64,000 nt of DNA from Myxococcota bacterium (lineage in GTDB: Bacteria > Myxococcota_A > UBA9160 > UBA6930), in assembly GCA_965223705.1 (NCBI GenBank), contig OZ245015.1, positions 288,001 to 352,000 on the forward strand. Direction: 5' to 3'. Under the pieces are notes generated by a model that saw nothing but the letters and a program-made list of their open reading frames with translations, was not told the DNA's origin and ran no database searches. The position numbers were made by a program, and so were the translations under genes. Positions 11,796-20,771 of this stretch are shown here, piece after piece (position 1 is the first letter of the stretch; every line of letters begins with the position of its first letter).

Positions 11796-13184
11796 TCAGA
11801 GGCCCCGGTGCCGCCCGCGAAGGAGGAGTTCGCCGCGTCCGGGGTCGGATACGACGTCGCGCCCGCGCGTGGCGACCTTGCCTCGAAGCAGTGTCACCGC
11901 GGGCCATCCCGTGACGCGAAAGCCGTCATAGGGCGAGAAGTCCGAACGGCTGTGCATGCTGTTGCCGTCGATCGTGCGGGTCTCGGTCGGATCCCACAGC
12001 ACGAGATCGGCGTCGGAGCCGACCGCGAGGCTCCCTTTGCGCGGGTAGAGGCCGAATAGCTTCGCCGGATTCGTCGACGTCACAGCGACGAACTGCTCCC
12101 AGCTGATGCGCCCCGTCTTCACACCGGCCGAGTGCAGCATCGGGAGACACGTCTCGAGATCGGCTACGCCCTGCCGCAGCTCCATCGCGGTCTGCTCCGG
12201 ATCGAGCTTGTCCTCGAGCATCCAGGGGGCGTGGTCGGTGGCGAGCGTGTCGACGTCTCCGAAACGGAGGCCGTTCCAGAGGCGCTCGACGTCGCCGGCC
12301 TCGCGCAGCGGCGGTGCGCCCGCGTACTTTGCGCCGTCGGGTTCATCGAAGCGCTCGCGAGTCAAGTGCAGATAGAGCGGTCGCGTTTCAACGTAGACGG
12401 GGACGCCTCGAGCGCGCCCTTCGAGGCATGCACTCAGGGCGCGGGCGCTCGCGAGGTGTACCACGTAGATCGGGCAGCCTGTGGTTTCCGCGAAGCCGAC
12501 CGCGCGTACCGTCGCCACCGTTTCGGCGTGGACCGGCCTCGCCTCGGGGTAATGGCTCGGCGCGGTTCGGCCCGCCTCGCGCAGGAGGTTGCAGCAGCAG
12601 GCGATGATGGCGGCGTCTTCGCAGTGGAGGAGCGCGATGCCACCCGCGCGTTCCGTCCGGCGCAGGGCCTCGACGAAGCGATCGACGTGCCTGTCGAAGC
12701 GGTGAAAGGAGAGAAAGATCTTGATCGACGTGTGCCCCGCGCGATGGAGATCGTCGATCGCCGCGAGGTTCTCGTCGTCGGGCTCCATCAGCACCGGGTG
12801 AAGGAAGTAATCGGCCCGGGCCAAGGGGCGCGCTTCGGCGGCGTCTACCGCCACGGCGTCCGCCATTGTCGCGCCCGGATCGGGAAAGCTGATGTTGCCG
12901 ACGCTGGTCACGCCGCCGGCCAATGCGGCCGCGGTGCCGGAATCGAAATCGTCCACCCAACGCCAACCGCCAGGTTCGCGCGTGGGGGGCGTCAAGTGGA
13001 CGTGGGGATCGACGCCGCCCGGCGTGATGACGAGGCCCGTCGCGTCGATGGTTTCGCTCGCGCGCCGGAGGCTCGCGTCACCGGGCTTCGCGAGAAGTGC
13101 GATGCGGCCCCCTTCGATCCCGATATCGACGGTCGCCGTTCCGCCGGCGGTCACGGCGACCCCGCCGCGGATCGCGAGATCCAT
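11796..13184 (-). CDS. Dihydropyrimidinase/hydantoinase-family amidohydrolase
   Basis: PGGVDPHVHL, SIKIF (carbamylated Lys position), LHCED, VVHLAS, ATDHAP, STNPAKLFGLYPRKG. Confidence 0.88.
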   Translation of the reverse strand: MDLAIRGGVAVTAGGTATVDIGIEGGRIALLAKPGDASLRRASETIDATGLVITPGGVDPHVHLTPPTREPGGWRWVDDFDSGTAAALAGGVTSVGNISFPDPGATMADAVAVDAAEARPLARADYFLHPVLMEPDDENLAAIDDLHRAGHTSIKIFLSFHRFDRHVDRFVEALRRTERAGGIALLHCEDAAIIACCCNLLREAGRTAPSHYPEARPVHAETVATVRAVGFAETTGCPIYVVHLASARALSACLEGRARGVPVYVETRPLYLHLTRERFDEPDGAKYAGAPPLREAGDVERLWNGLRFGDVDTLATDHAPWMLEDKLDPEQTAMELRQGVADLETCLPMLHSAGVKTGRISWEQFVAVTSTNPAKLFGLYPRKGSLAVGSDADLVLWDPTETRTIDGNSMHSRSDFSPYDGFRVTGWPAVTLLRGKVATRGRDVVSDPGRGELLLRGRHRGL

Positions 13185-13193
13185 CGCGGCTAG

Positions 13194-14918
13194 CTAGGCG
13201 CTGCGCACGACGCCACCGGGGCGGGCCCCCGTCGTTTGCCCGTGCTCTTGCACCGCTTGCCCTGAGACGTACGTCGCGACGTAACCCTTCGCGGTTTGCA
13301 TCAAGCGCGGCATACCGGCCGGGAGATCGGCGATGACGTGCGGGTGATCGACGTGAAGCGCATCGAAATCGATCAAGTTGATGTCGGCCTTCGCGCCCGC
13401 AACGAGGGTCCCTCGATCGTTCAAGCCGAAGAGCTTCGCGTTGTCGCTCGTCAGCTTCTTGACCACGAACTCGAGCGGCATGTGGTACGGGTGATCGGCG
13501 TCGAAGTCGCGCACCCAGTGCGTCAGCATGTAGGTGTGGATGCTCGCGTCGATGACCTGTCGCACGTGGGCGCCGGCATCGGATAAGCCCAAAACGGCAA
13601 TGTCGTCGCGGATCATTTCCGCCATCGCGTCGGAATTGCCTTCGACGTAGTTCACGACGGAATACATCAAGAACGTGTCGCCGTCGTTCGCGAGCATCAT
13701 GTCGTACGCGACCTCCCGCGGATCGCGGTTCTCGCGCGCCGCGATCTTCGCCACGGAATCGTTCGTGTCCGGCGTGTACGAGAGCTTCTCGCCCATCAGG
13801 TACGTGCTCTCCCACACCGTCGGGCTGTTGTAGATCAGCGACATGCCGGTGGTGTTGGGATCTTTTTCGGAGAGCAGGGTTCGCTTGAGTTCCGGATCGC
13901 GCAGCCGCGCGATTTTTCCCGAGAGGGGAAGACCTTTCAGCGGCGCGAAGCTCGGTAGATACTCGAACGGATTGTCGCCTTGGAAGCTGAACAGGATCGA
14001 GGGCGGGCGCGCGGCCACTTGCGGAACGAGCGTTACGCCGTCGGCCCGCGCCGTGCGACAGATCTCGAGCTGCTCGCGCCACTGGCTCGAATCGAGTCCG
14101 TGCTGAAGCAGCAGGAAGACCAACGGCACGCCGGTCGCGCGCGCAATGCGCTCCATGAGCCGCGTCTCTTCGAGAAGCGCGTCCGATTCGCCCGCGATGC
14201 CGTTCGGCACCATCTCGAAGACGCCGCGGCCCGAGTCTTTGACCGCTTGTGCGAGCCCGATCAGCTCGTCTTCGCTCGCGTACGTGCCCGGTACCGGCTC
14301 GCCGTCGATCCCACAATGAATAAGGGTTCGAGAGGACGAGAAGCCAAGCGCCCCGGCGTTCATCGAGTCGCGAACCACGCCCGCCATCTTCGCGATGTCA
14401 GCCGGCGTCGCTTCTTCGTTGCGAGCACCGCGATCGCCCATCACGTAGGCGCGAACGGCGCCGTGGGCGATCATCGCGCCCACATCGAGTGTGCGCGGCA
14501 GGCGTCCGAGGGAGTCCAAGTACTCGCCGAAGCTCTCCCAATCCCAGGGCATGCCTTCCGCCAGGGCCTTGCCGGGGATGTCTTCCACGCCTTCCATCAG
14601 GCCGATCAACCATTCGTGCCGATCCGGGGTCGCCGGGGCGAAGCCGACTCCGCAGTTGCCCATGACGACCGTCGAAACGCCGTGCCAGACCGAAGGCGCC
14701 ATATCGGCGTCCCAGGTCGCTTGGCCGTCGTAGTGGGTGTGGATGTCGACCCATCCCGGTGTCACCAGCAGACCGTCCGCATCGATGGTTTGCCGCGCAT
14801 CGCCCAGATCGCGGCCGATCGCTGCGATTTTGCCGTCGGCGACGGCGACGTCCGCTGTGCTCGGGGGGGCGCCGGTGCCATCGACCACGGTTCCAGCGCG
14901 CAAGATGAGATCGTGCAT
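13194..14918 (-). CDS. N-acyl-D-amino-acid deacylase-family amidohydrolase
   Basis: PGWVDIHTHYDGQ, VVMGNCGVGFAP, LSDAGAHV. ATG 14918 preceded by GGAGG. Confidence 0.88.
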   Translation of the reverse strand: MHDLILRAGTVVDGTGAPPSTADVAVADGKIAAIGRDLGDARQTIDADGLLVTPGWVDIHTHYDGQATWDADMAPSVWHGVSTVVMGNCGVGFAPATPDRHEWLIGLMEGVEDIPGKALAEGMPWDWESFGEYLDSLGRLPRTLDVGAMIAHGAVRAYVMGDRGARNEEATPADIAKMAGVVRDSMNAGALGFSSSRTLIHCGIDGEPVPGTYASEDELIGLAQAVKDSGRGVFEMVPNGIAGESDALLEETRLMERIARATGVPLVFLLLQHGLDSSQWREQLEICRTARADGVTLVPQVAARPPSILFSFQGDNPFEYLPSFAPLKGLPLSGKIARLRDPELKRTLLSEKDPNTTGMSLIYNSPTVWESTYLMGEKLSYTPDTNDSVAKIAARENRDPREVAYDMMLANDGDTFLMYSVVNYVEGNSDAMAEMIRDDIAVLGLSDAGAHVRQVIDASIHTYMLTHWVRDFDADHPYHMPLEFVVKKLTSDNAKLFGLNDRGTLVAGAKADINLIDFDALHVDHPHVIADLPAGMPRLMQTAKGYVATYVSGQAVQEHGQTTGARPGGVVRSA

Positions 14919-14965
14919 AATGGCCTCCCTGGGAACGTCCCCAGGGTACCGCACGGAGGCTCCTC

Positions 14966-15496
14966 GTGGTCACACTCGCGGTCTGGATCTTCATCGCCGC
15001 CTCGTTGATCGGCGTCTTCGACATCATCTACTTCCATTTGTTGAAGTACCGCCTCTACGCGCACGAAGACTCGCGGGTAGAACATTGGGCCCACACCGTG
15101 CGGATGTTCTGGCAGGTTCCGCTCGTCTATCTCGTGTTTGCCCGAAACGTCGGCGGCGAGCTTCTTTGGCTGGCGGTCGCCGTGGTGGCGATCGACATCG
15201 CGATCGAGGCCTGGGACCTCGTCGTCGAGCACGGAAGCCGCGAAAGTCTCGGTGGGCTCGGCCGCGCCGAGTACCTGATCCACATGTATTCGACGATGGG
15301 CCGCGCGGCGAGCTTCGCGCTGATCTTCGGCGCGAAACCGTTGGGCGGTTGGACCTCGATCGCGCCTCACACGCTCCCGACGGACTATCCGGTCATCGCG
15401 TCGGTCGCCGCCGGGCTCTTTATTCCGTCGGCCTTCGCGATCGCCCTGATCCACGTGTGGCTCTTGCAACCCCGCTACCGCGAGGTGACGTCATGA
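14966..15496 (+). CDS. Uncharacterised membrane protein
   Basis: TM helices carrying D/H/E residues (FDIIYFH, EHWAH, EYLIH); GGAGG RBS. Confidence 0.7.
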   Translation: MVTLAVWIFIAASLIGVFDIIYFHLLKYRLYAHEDSRVEHWAHTVRMFWQVPLVYLVFARNVGGELLWLAVAVVAIDIAIEAWDLVVEHGSRESLGGLGRAEYLIHMYSTMGRAASFALIFGAKPLGGWTSIAPHTLPTDYPVIASVAAGLFIPSAFAIALIHVWLLQPRYREVTS

Positions 15497-15533
15497 CCAC
15501 CGACGTCGATGCGCGAGTTCTTTCGGGACTCGT

Positions 15534-16646
15534 TCAGCCCGTTTCGGGCTCGTGTTGGAACTGTGCGTAGATCTCCAAGAGCCCGGGGATCATCGCGACG
15601 CCCCAGGCTCCGAGGGCGAGCAGAACCCAATGCGTCGGTAGCAGCGCGAACGCCGCAACCCACGCAGCGACGAAGAGCGCGACCCGTCGCATCATCTTCC
15701 CGGAGTTCGCCGACGGCCTGTCGCCCGGCCGCCCGAGCGGGAACGCTTTCGGTCGCAAGAACCAGCCGTGCGCGAGCAGGAGAAGCAAGAAGTGCGGCCA
15801 GGAAAGCTCGTTTCCCGAGAGGACCGGGTTTTCGTCGAGCGGCGATTCGGCACCGTCGGCGAGACGCGCCTGCAATGCTTCCCAGGTGTACGTCGGGTCC
15901 GGTCGACCGCCCGCGCCGGACATGTTGTCGCGCGTCGGTCGGCAACGCCATCGGTAGAGGGGGCGGCCATCTTTCGCGAGGCCGAGGACCGCCGGTTGGT
16001 AGTAGCCCTTCGGATGACTCGCCCACGGACGGGAGCGCAAGTGCCCGTAGTTCTCGTTCGCGTAGATTTCGACGAGGCCCCGCTCGCGGCATATCTCGAG
16101 AATCTCGTGATGCGGGTCGCCGACGGCCGGGAAGCCGAATTCCCAGTCTTCCTCGGCTTCCGTCGCCAGATGCTGTGGTTCGCTCGTGATGGCGAAGACT
16201 TCGCCGCCCGCTTCGCGGATCTTGTCGACGACTCCGGACTTTCGGTAGCTCCGCAACTCGAAGCGACACGGAGGTCACCAGCGACCTCGGTAGAAGAGAA
16301 GGAGAATGAAGTTGTAGCGCTCGAGCTGAGCGTCGATCCACGTATGGCGGACACCCCGCGGAGGATCGAGTAGGGCGGGGATGGTTTCCGTCGGGTCCGC
16401 CTGAACAGCTTCCACTGAGAAGCCCGACCCGTTCGGCGTAACGCAAACTTGCTCGCGCAGGCACTGTTCGCCTTCGCAGAGGATCACACCGAATTCTCGC
16501 GGCTCACCCGGCGCGGCGGAAAGTGCGGTGGCCGTGTCGACGACGCCCGTCAGTCGAAACGCCGTGCCGCGCGTATCGTTCAACCACTGAACCGCGGCAG
16601 AAGCCGCCGGTTCGAGTGCTTTCGGGATTCCCTCGGGCTCGCCCAT
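15534..16646 (-). CDS. Predicted selenoprotein: AhpC/TSA-like redoxin with UxxC, extra N-terminal domain and C-terminal TM helices (370 aa; TGA at 16277-16275)
   Basis: ORFs 16275-16646 and 15534-16256 are in the same frame, separated only by TGA. They join as LLFYRGRW-U-PPCRFEL, followed by GGEVFAITSE, FPAVGDP and QPAVL. Confidence 0.85.
16239..16263 (-). promoter_or_regulatory. Candidate bacterial SECIS for the TGA at 16277
   Basis: mRNA +12 to +36 after UGA: lower stem UUCG/CGAA, AC bulge, upper stem AGUU/AGCU, apical loop GCGG. Confidence 0.55.
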
Positions 16647-16682
16647 CGGACGAAGATACCAGATGCCTCGGTCACCAGAGTT

Positions 16683-17237
16683 CTAGTGGTGCTCTTGTAA
16701 GAACTTTGCGATGGCGCGTCCCGCCGCCAAGGCCGCGCGCTCCTCCGGGTCTTCCCAGGTCTTCTTGATGTTGCTGTTCCATCCGACGGGTCCGCCAGCC
16801 TCGAAGCTTTGGGTGTGGACGGAGCTCGCGGTCGCTTGGAACTTGCCCAGGATTTTGTCGCCGCTGGGATCTCGCAAAACGCAGTGCACTTCGATTTCCG
16901 CTTCGCCTCCCGCGCCGAGAATGCGCCGGGTCCGGTTCGCCGGAACGAAACGCGGGATACGAAGCTCGAGAAGAAGCGCGCCATCGCGCGCCTTGCCGTC
17001 CGTTTCGACGAGCGAGAACTCGCCTGTGGGATCGAGGGTTTTCTTTGTGGCCGAAGCGACCGCGACGGCGCGGCTGCGCTTCTCTTCTGCGCGGTCCATG
17101 ACGCGAAACACGAGCTTGTCGTAGTCCGCGACCGACGGATCGAGCGGCGCCGCGGATTCGAGCTTGCTCGGGGAGATGCAGCCCGTGAGAGCCGCGGCGC
17201 TCAGCAACGAAAACGCGAGAAAGAGACGGCGGTGCAT
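16683..17237 (-). CDS. Lipoprotein (DUF4410-like)
   Basis: MHRRLFLAFSLLSAAALTG-C lipobox, RRILGAGG motif and AAGGAG RBS. Confidence 0.7.
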   Translation of the reverse strand: MHRRLFLAFSLLSAAALTGCISPSKLESAAPLDPSVADYDKLVFRVMDRAEEKRSRAVAVASATKKTLDPTGEFSLVETDGKARDGALLLELRIPRFVPANRTRRILGAGGEAEIEVHCVLRDPSGDKILGKFQATASSVHTQSFEAGGPVGWNSNIKKTWEDPEERAALAAGRAIAKFLQEHH

Positions 17238-17480
17238 CAAGGCTCCTTGCAGGGAGGATGTCCGATCCTTCGGAGAGGGCCACGAACCCCTTGAGTAAGG
17301 CGACGATCTGCTGCCATCTCTCGTATTGGGTGGGTTTTCGCCCCAAGAGCCGGCAAGTTCATCATCGGCGGACCTTCTTCTTGCTGGGGCTCGCAGGCTT
17401 GAGCCACGCCGGTCGCCGGCGACCGCGCCTGAGTTGAAGAAGGTCCGCCCGAACACTACGCCCGGGCGGACCTCTCCTCG

Positions 17481-18509
17481 CTAGGGCAACGAGTCGCAGC
17501 GCGCGTCGACGTTGCAGGCGACCAATCGGTTGGTCTCTCCATCCTCAGGCTTGATCTCGAAGAACGGACCCAGGTGCTTTGCGTAGAACTTGTACTCGAA
17601 GCCGTCGGGCTCGAGCGGCGTGAAGTCTCGCGTGACGAGACAATCACCGGCGCTGCACAAGTGCTCGGCGAGTGCCGGGTCCATGAACTCGTCGAGCTCC
17701 GGGTTCTCACCGTAGCGATAGGTCGTCGTGATGACGGTGGCCAGATCCTCCGCGTTGCTCGCGGACCACTCCTGCCGGTAGGTCATCCCCGGTCGCGGAT
17801 CGGCCGGGACCAAGATCCCCGGTGCATCTCCGTCCCGGTCGGCCTTGAACGAACCGTCGATCGCGATGAGTTCCGCCTCCATCGGTTGATCGCCTTCGAA
17901 GAACTCGAAGTCTTCGACCGCCTCCCCGCAGTAGTAGAGCGAGCCGTCGCGATGTAGAGCGAACCAGTCGTCGGTGTCTTCGCCTCCGTCCTCCTTCGTG
18001 ACGAGGTCGTTTACAACGACGCAGGTCACATCGTCGATCAATTTCGTCTTCTCCGTCACGACCACCCGATTGCTCTCGTCCTCGGTCTCAAATTCCCAGA
18101 AGAAACCCGTGGCGATAGGGAAGTACGGGTTTTGCCGCGACGGATTGTCAAAGTTGGTGATGAAGTCTTCGGGCTCGAACTCCGGGTCGTAGCGCCCCTC
18201 CCCGACCAGATCACAGACATCGAGGCGCGCCCGCCATTGGCTTCGACACAGCGTCGTCGCTTCGGAACGTTCCGCGCGGGCCTCCCTGACGCATTCGCGT
18301 CGCTCGCGGCGTTCCGACTCTTGGAGGCAGATGGCCTTGCCGACGAACGCGTCATCTCGAATTTCGTGCAGGCACGCGGCGTATTGGAGAAGGGCCGTGC
18401 GCGAGCAGACGGGTGGCCCCGCACTGCTCGAGGACGGGTAGGCGAGGAGTGCAGCAGCGGCGAAGAGACCCCATGTCGGGATCGTTCCAACGGATTTCTG
18501 AAAACTCAT
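17481..18509 (-). CDS. Uncharacterised secreted protein with Cys-rich N-terminal region
   Basis: Signal peptide, several Cys, then an acidic domain (NPYFP, EDTDDWFA, YRQEW). AAGGAGG RBS. Confidence 0.75.
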   Translation of the reverse strand: MSFQKSVGTIPTWGLFAAAALLAYPSSSSAGPPVCSRTALLQYAACLHEIRDDAFVGKAICLQESERRERRECVREARAERSEATTLCRSQWRARLDVCDLVGEGRYDPEFEPEDFITNFDNPSRQNPYFPIATGFFWEFETEDESNRVVVTEKTKLIDDVTCVVVNDLVTKEDGGEDTDDWFALHRDGSLYYCGEAVEDFEFFEGDQPMEAELIAIDGSFKADRDGDAPGILVPADPRPGMTYRQEWSASNAEDLATVITTTYRYGENPELDEFMDPALAEHLCSAGDCLVTRDFTPLEPDGFEYKFYAKHLGPFFEIKPEDGETNRLVACNVDARCDSLP

Positions 18510-18632
18510 GATCGATTCCTCCTTGGCGGGCCACTCGGGCCCTGTCCCGCCGAGGTTCCGACGTAGAGCGAGCCGGGACATCGACCGTCCCGCGTAGGTG
18601 GATCGTCGCTTTGTGGTACGCGGCCTCTCGCG

Positions 18633-19247
18633 TTACGCGTCTTCGCGGCGCGCAGCGGAATCGTGCGCTTGGGGAGGAAGGAGATCTTCGAGGAAGAAGG
18701 CGCAGAATGCACTTCGGCCGGGCAGGTTCGATTTTTGGTAGGCCATCCGAGCCTGGTGTCGCACCGTCGCTTCACTGGTCCCGCGGAGGTTGGCGATTTC
18801 CCCATGGGAGAAGCCTTTCAACATCAACAAGCCCACCTCCCGCTCGGCTTGGGTGAGCTTCCAAGCCTCGAACTGCTTCGCGATTTCCTCCCCCAGGCCT
18901 GAGAGGTAGCTCTGCGCACGATCGCGCCAGGCGGCGCCCTCCGCGCGAGCGATTTGCAAATCGCGGGTTATGGCGATCTTTTCCTCCCTTTCTTGCTGAA
19001 AGCGGCCCGTCAAGAGCGTCACCCCCACCGCAGAGGCGACAATGAGCGCCGTTTGCAACGCGTCGCCGAGGAAATCACCGAGCTCGATCGGCTCGTCTTC
19101 GGTGACGAATTCGACTCCCATCAACAGCAGGAAGGCCCCAATCCCGATCGCGGCCCAGCGTATTCGAATCGCTCGCTCGTCCATTTCAGTGACTCCAACT
19201 CCGGTCCAGGTCCCCAAGGGGTCGCGCAGGGCGGGGCGTACGTCCAT
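18633..19247 (-). CDS. Membrane-anchored LuxR-family HTH regulator
   Basis: Two TM helices plus WKLTQAEREVGLLMLKGFSHGEIANLRGTSEATVRHQ. Start may be the later ATG (MDERA). Confidence 0.85.
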   Translation of the reverse strand: MDVRPALRDPLGTWTGVGVTEMDERAIRIRWAAIGIGAFLLLMGVEFVTEDEPIELGDFLGDALQTALIVASAVGVTLLTGRFQQEREEKIAITRDLQIARAEGAAWRDRAQSYLSGLGEEIAKQFEAWKLTQAEREVGLLMLKGFSHGEIANLRGTSEATVRHQARMAYQKSNLPGRSAFCAFFLEDLLPPQAHDSAARREDA

Positions 19248-19285
19248 GCGACAAATCGCGTACTCAGCCCGCTGACGACGACGGC

Positions 19286-20719
19286 TCAGAATGCCACGGT
19301 CATGCCCACGAAAGCGCCGATCGCCCAGCGTCCCCGACGCTCACCAAACGCGCGGCCCGCTCGGAACAGGGAAGCGGACAGCTCGAACTGAGCGCGCGGG
19401 TGATCCTCCAATGCGACGATCAGGTCGAGCGCTTGACCCACGTCGCGCGATCGACCCGAGAAGGCCGTCTCAATATTCGCCTCCCGAAGCTCGTCGCGCC
19501 GGTGCACCAGGCGGTAGTGGTGGTACGCGAGATCCACAGAGCTGGCTTCCCCGAGGGACGCGCCCAAGCCGAGGGTCAAGATGCGTAGGTTCGCGAGCTC
19601 GGGATCGAGGAGGCGTCCGTACAGGGCGAACCGTTGGACGCCGCCAAAGCCCATTTCATTGGCGTGGAGGCTCGTCTGCCGGAAGCTCCGATCCGTGCGG
19701 TCGTCTTCCGCAGAGCCCGAGCCCTGCGCCCATCCGAGGCTGATTCGAGGTTGCGCGCGCAGCGGCAGAAACCAGGTGACGCCCAGGTCGAGGCCCCAAC
19801 CCGAGACGTCTCGGCGCGATACCGAGCTGACCTCCCCCCCACCTTGGGGGCGGGGCTCAAACTCGATCAGGCGCTCGTGACCGCGCACGATCGATAGGTC
19901 TGCCCAATAGCCGAGTTGCCCGCCCCACCCGAGTTCGAGCCCGCCGATCAAGCGGGGCCCGAGCCATAAGAGGGAAGCATCGACCTCGTCGAGCCTTCGC
20001 GCCCGCGCGACTTCGCCGACGCGGCGGTTACCGGATCGGTCCGCATCGGCGACGAGAAAAAACTCGAACGCGTGCGCTTCGTGCCAATCGAGCGTCGCTT
20101 CGACGAGGAGCCGTACGCGCCCCTCTTCTTCGGGATCGATCAAACGGTTGTCGACCTCGGCGGCCGCGAGCTCGTGTGCGAAGGCCACTGAGATCTCGAA
20201 AGGGTCGCGCTCGTACGTCAGACGAATGGCGTCGAGATCTTCGTCCCACCACCAGCTGCGATCGTCTTGGAATTCGAGGCGTCCGACCTCGACGTGGAAC
20301 CCCTCCCAGAAGAGATTCTCCCGGATCACCCACATCTCGCCGCGTTCGATGAAGCTGTCGGAGAGGCGATCGTTTGTCTCGCTGAGCAGGTCTTCCCGCA
20401 TGCCCAACCGCACTTGGGCAAAGAAGGACCAGCCTCCGACCGCAGCGTAGAACGCCTCGAGTTCGAGCTCGTGCTCGAGCAGAACGCGATCCTCGTCCGA
20501 GCGGCCGACGACCGCTTCGAGTGTCTCGAGCGTAATCTCATATTGGCCGGTGAGGGCTACCTCGCCGCCAAGAAGAGGAACCTTGTACGGCTCCTCGACC
20601 CGATTCTCGTCCTCGCGTTCCGTCAGACGTTCGCGGAGGTCCTGAGCCGCTACGCACGGGAGCGCCCACAGCCAGCCTGCGGCAATGGTGAGAACGGCCG
20701 CGTACGACAAATCGCGCAT
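19286..20719 (-). CDS. Alginate-export (AlgE-like) outer-membrane beta-barrel
   Basis: Signal peptide, GRLEFQDDRSWWWDEDLDAIR, FRQTSLHANE, LDPELANL and C-terminal Phe. Confidence 0.75.
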   Translation of the reverse strand: MRDLSYAAVLTIAAGWLWALPCVAAQDLRERLTEREDENRVEEPYKVPLLGGEVALTGQYEITLETLEAVVGRSDEDRVLLEHELELEAFYAAVGGWSFFAQVRLGMREDLLSETNDRLSDSFIERGEMWVIRENLFWEGFHVEVGRLEFQDDRSWWWDEDLDAIRLTYERDPFEISVAFAHELAAAEVDNRLIDPEEEGRVRLLVEATLDWHEAHAFEFFLVADADRSGNRRVGEVARARRLDEVDASLLWLGPRLIGGLELGWGGQLGYWADLSIVRGHERLIEFEPRPQGGGEVSSVSRRDVSGWGLDLGVTWFLPLRAQPRISLGWAQGSGSAEDDRTDRSFRQTSLHANEMGFGGVQRFALYGRLLDPELANLRILTLGLGASLGEASSVDLAYHHYRLVHRRDELREANIETAFSGRSRDVGQALDLIVALEDHPRAQFELSASLFRAGRAFGERRGRWAIGAFVGMTVAF

Positions 20720-20771
20720 GGAGCCCCCCGCCCGAGAAAATACGCTAGCGGCCGTTCGTTTAGGGGCCGGC

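Noticed and set aside
15534..16646. Pseudogene interpretation of the two TGA-split genes (also 34425-34955)
   Set aside because: In both, the TGA falls exactly on the first Cys position of a CxxC motif with no other lesions.
19249..20716. 12-bp direct repeat CGACAAATCGCG at 19249 and 20705, bracketing the AlgE-like gene
   Set aside because: One copy lies in the signal-peptide codons, and 12-mers recur by chance in GC-rich DNA of this length.
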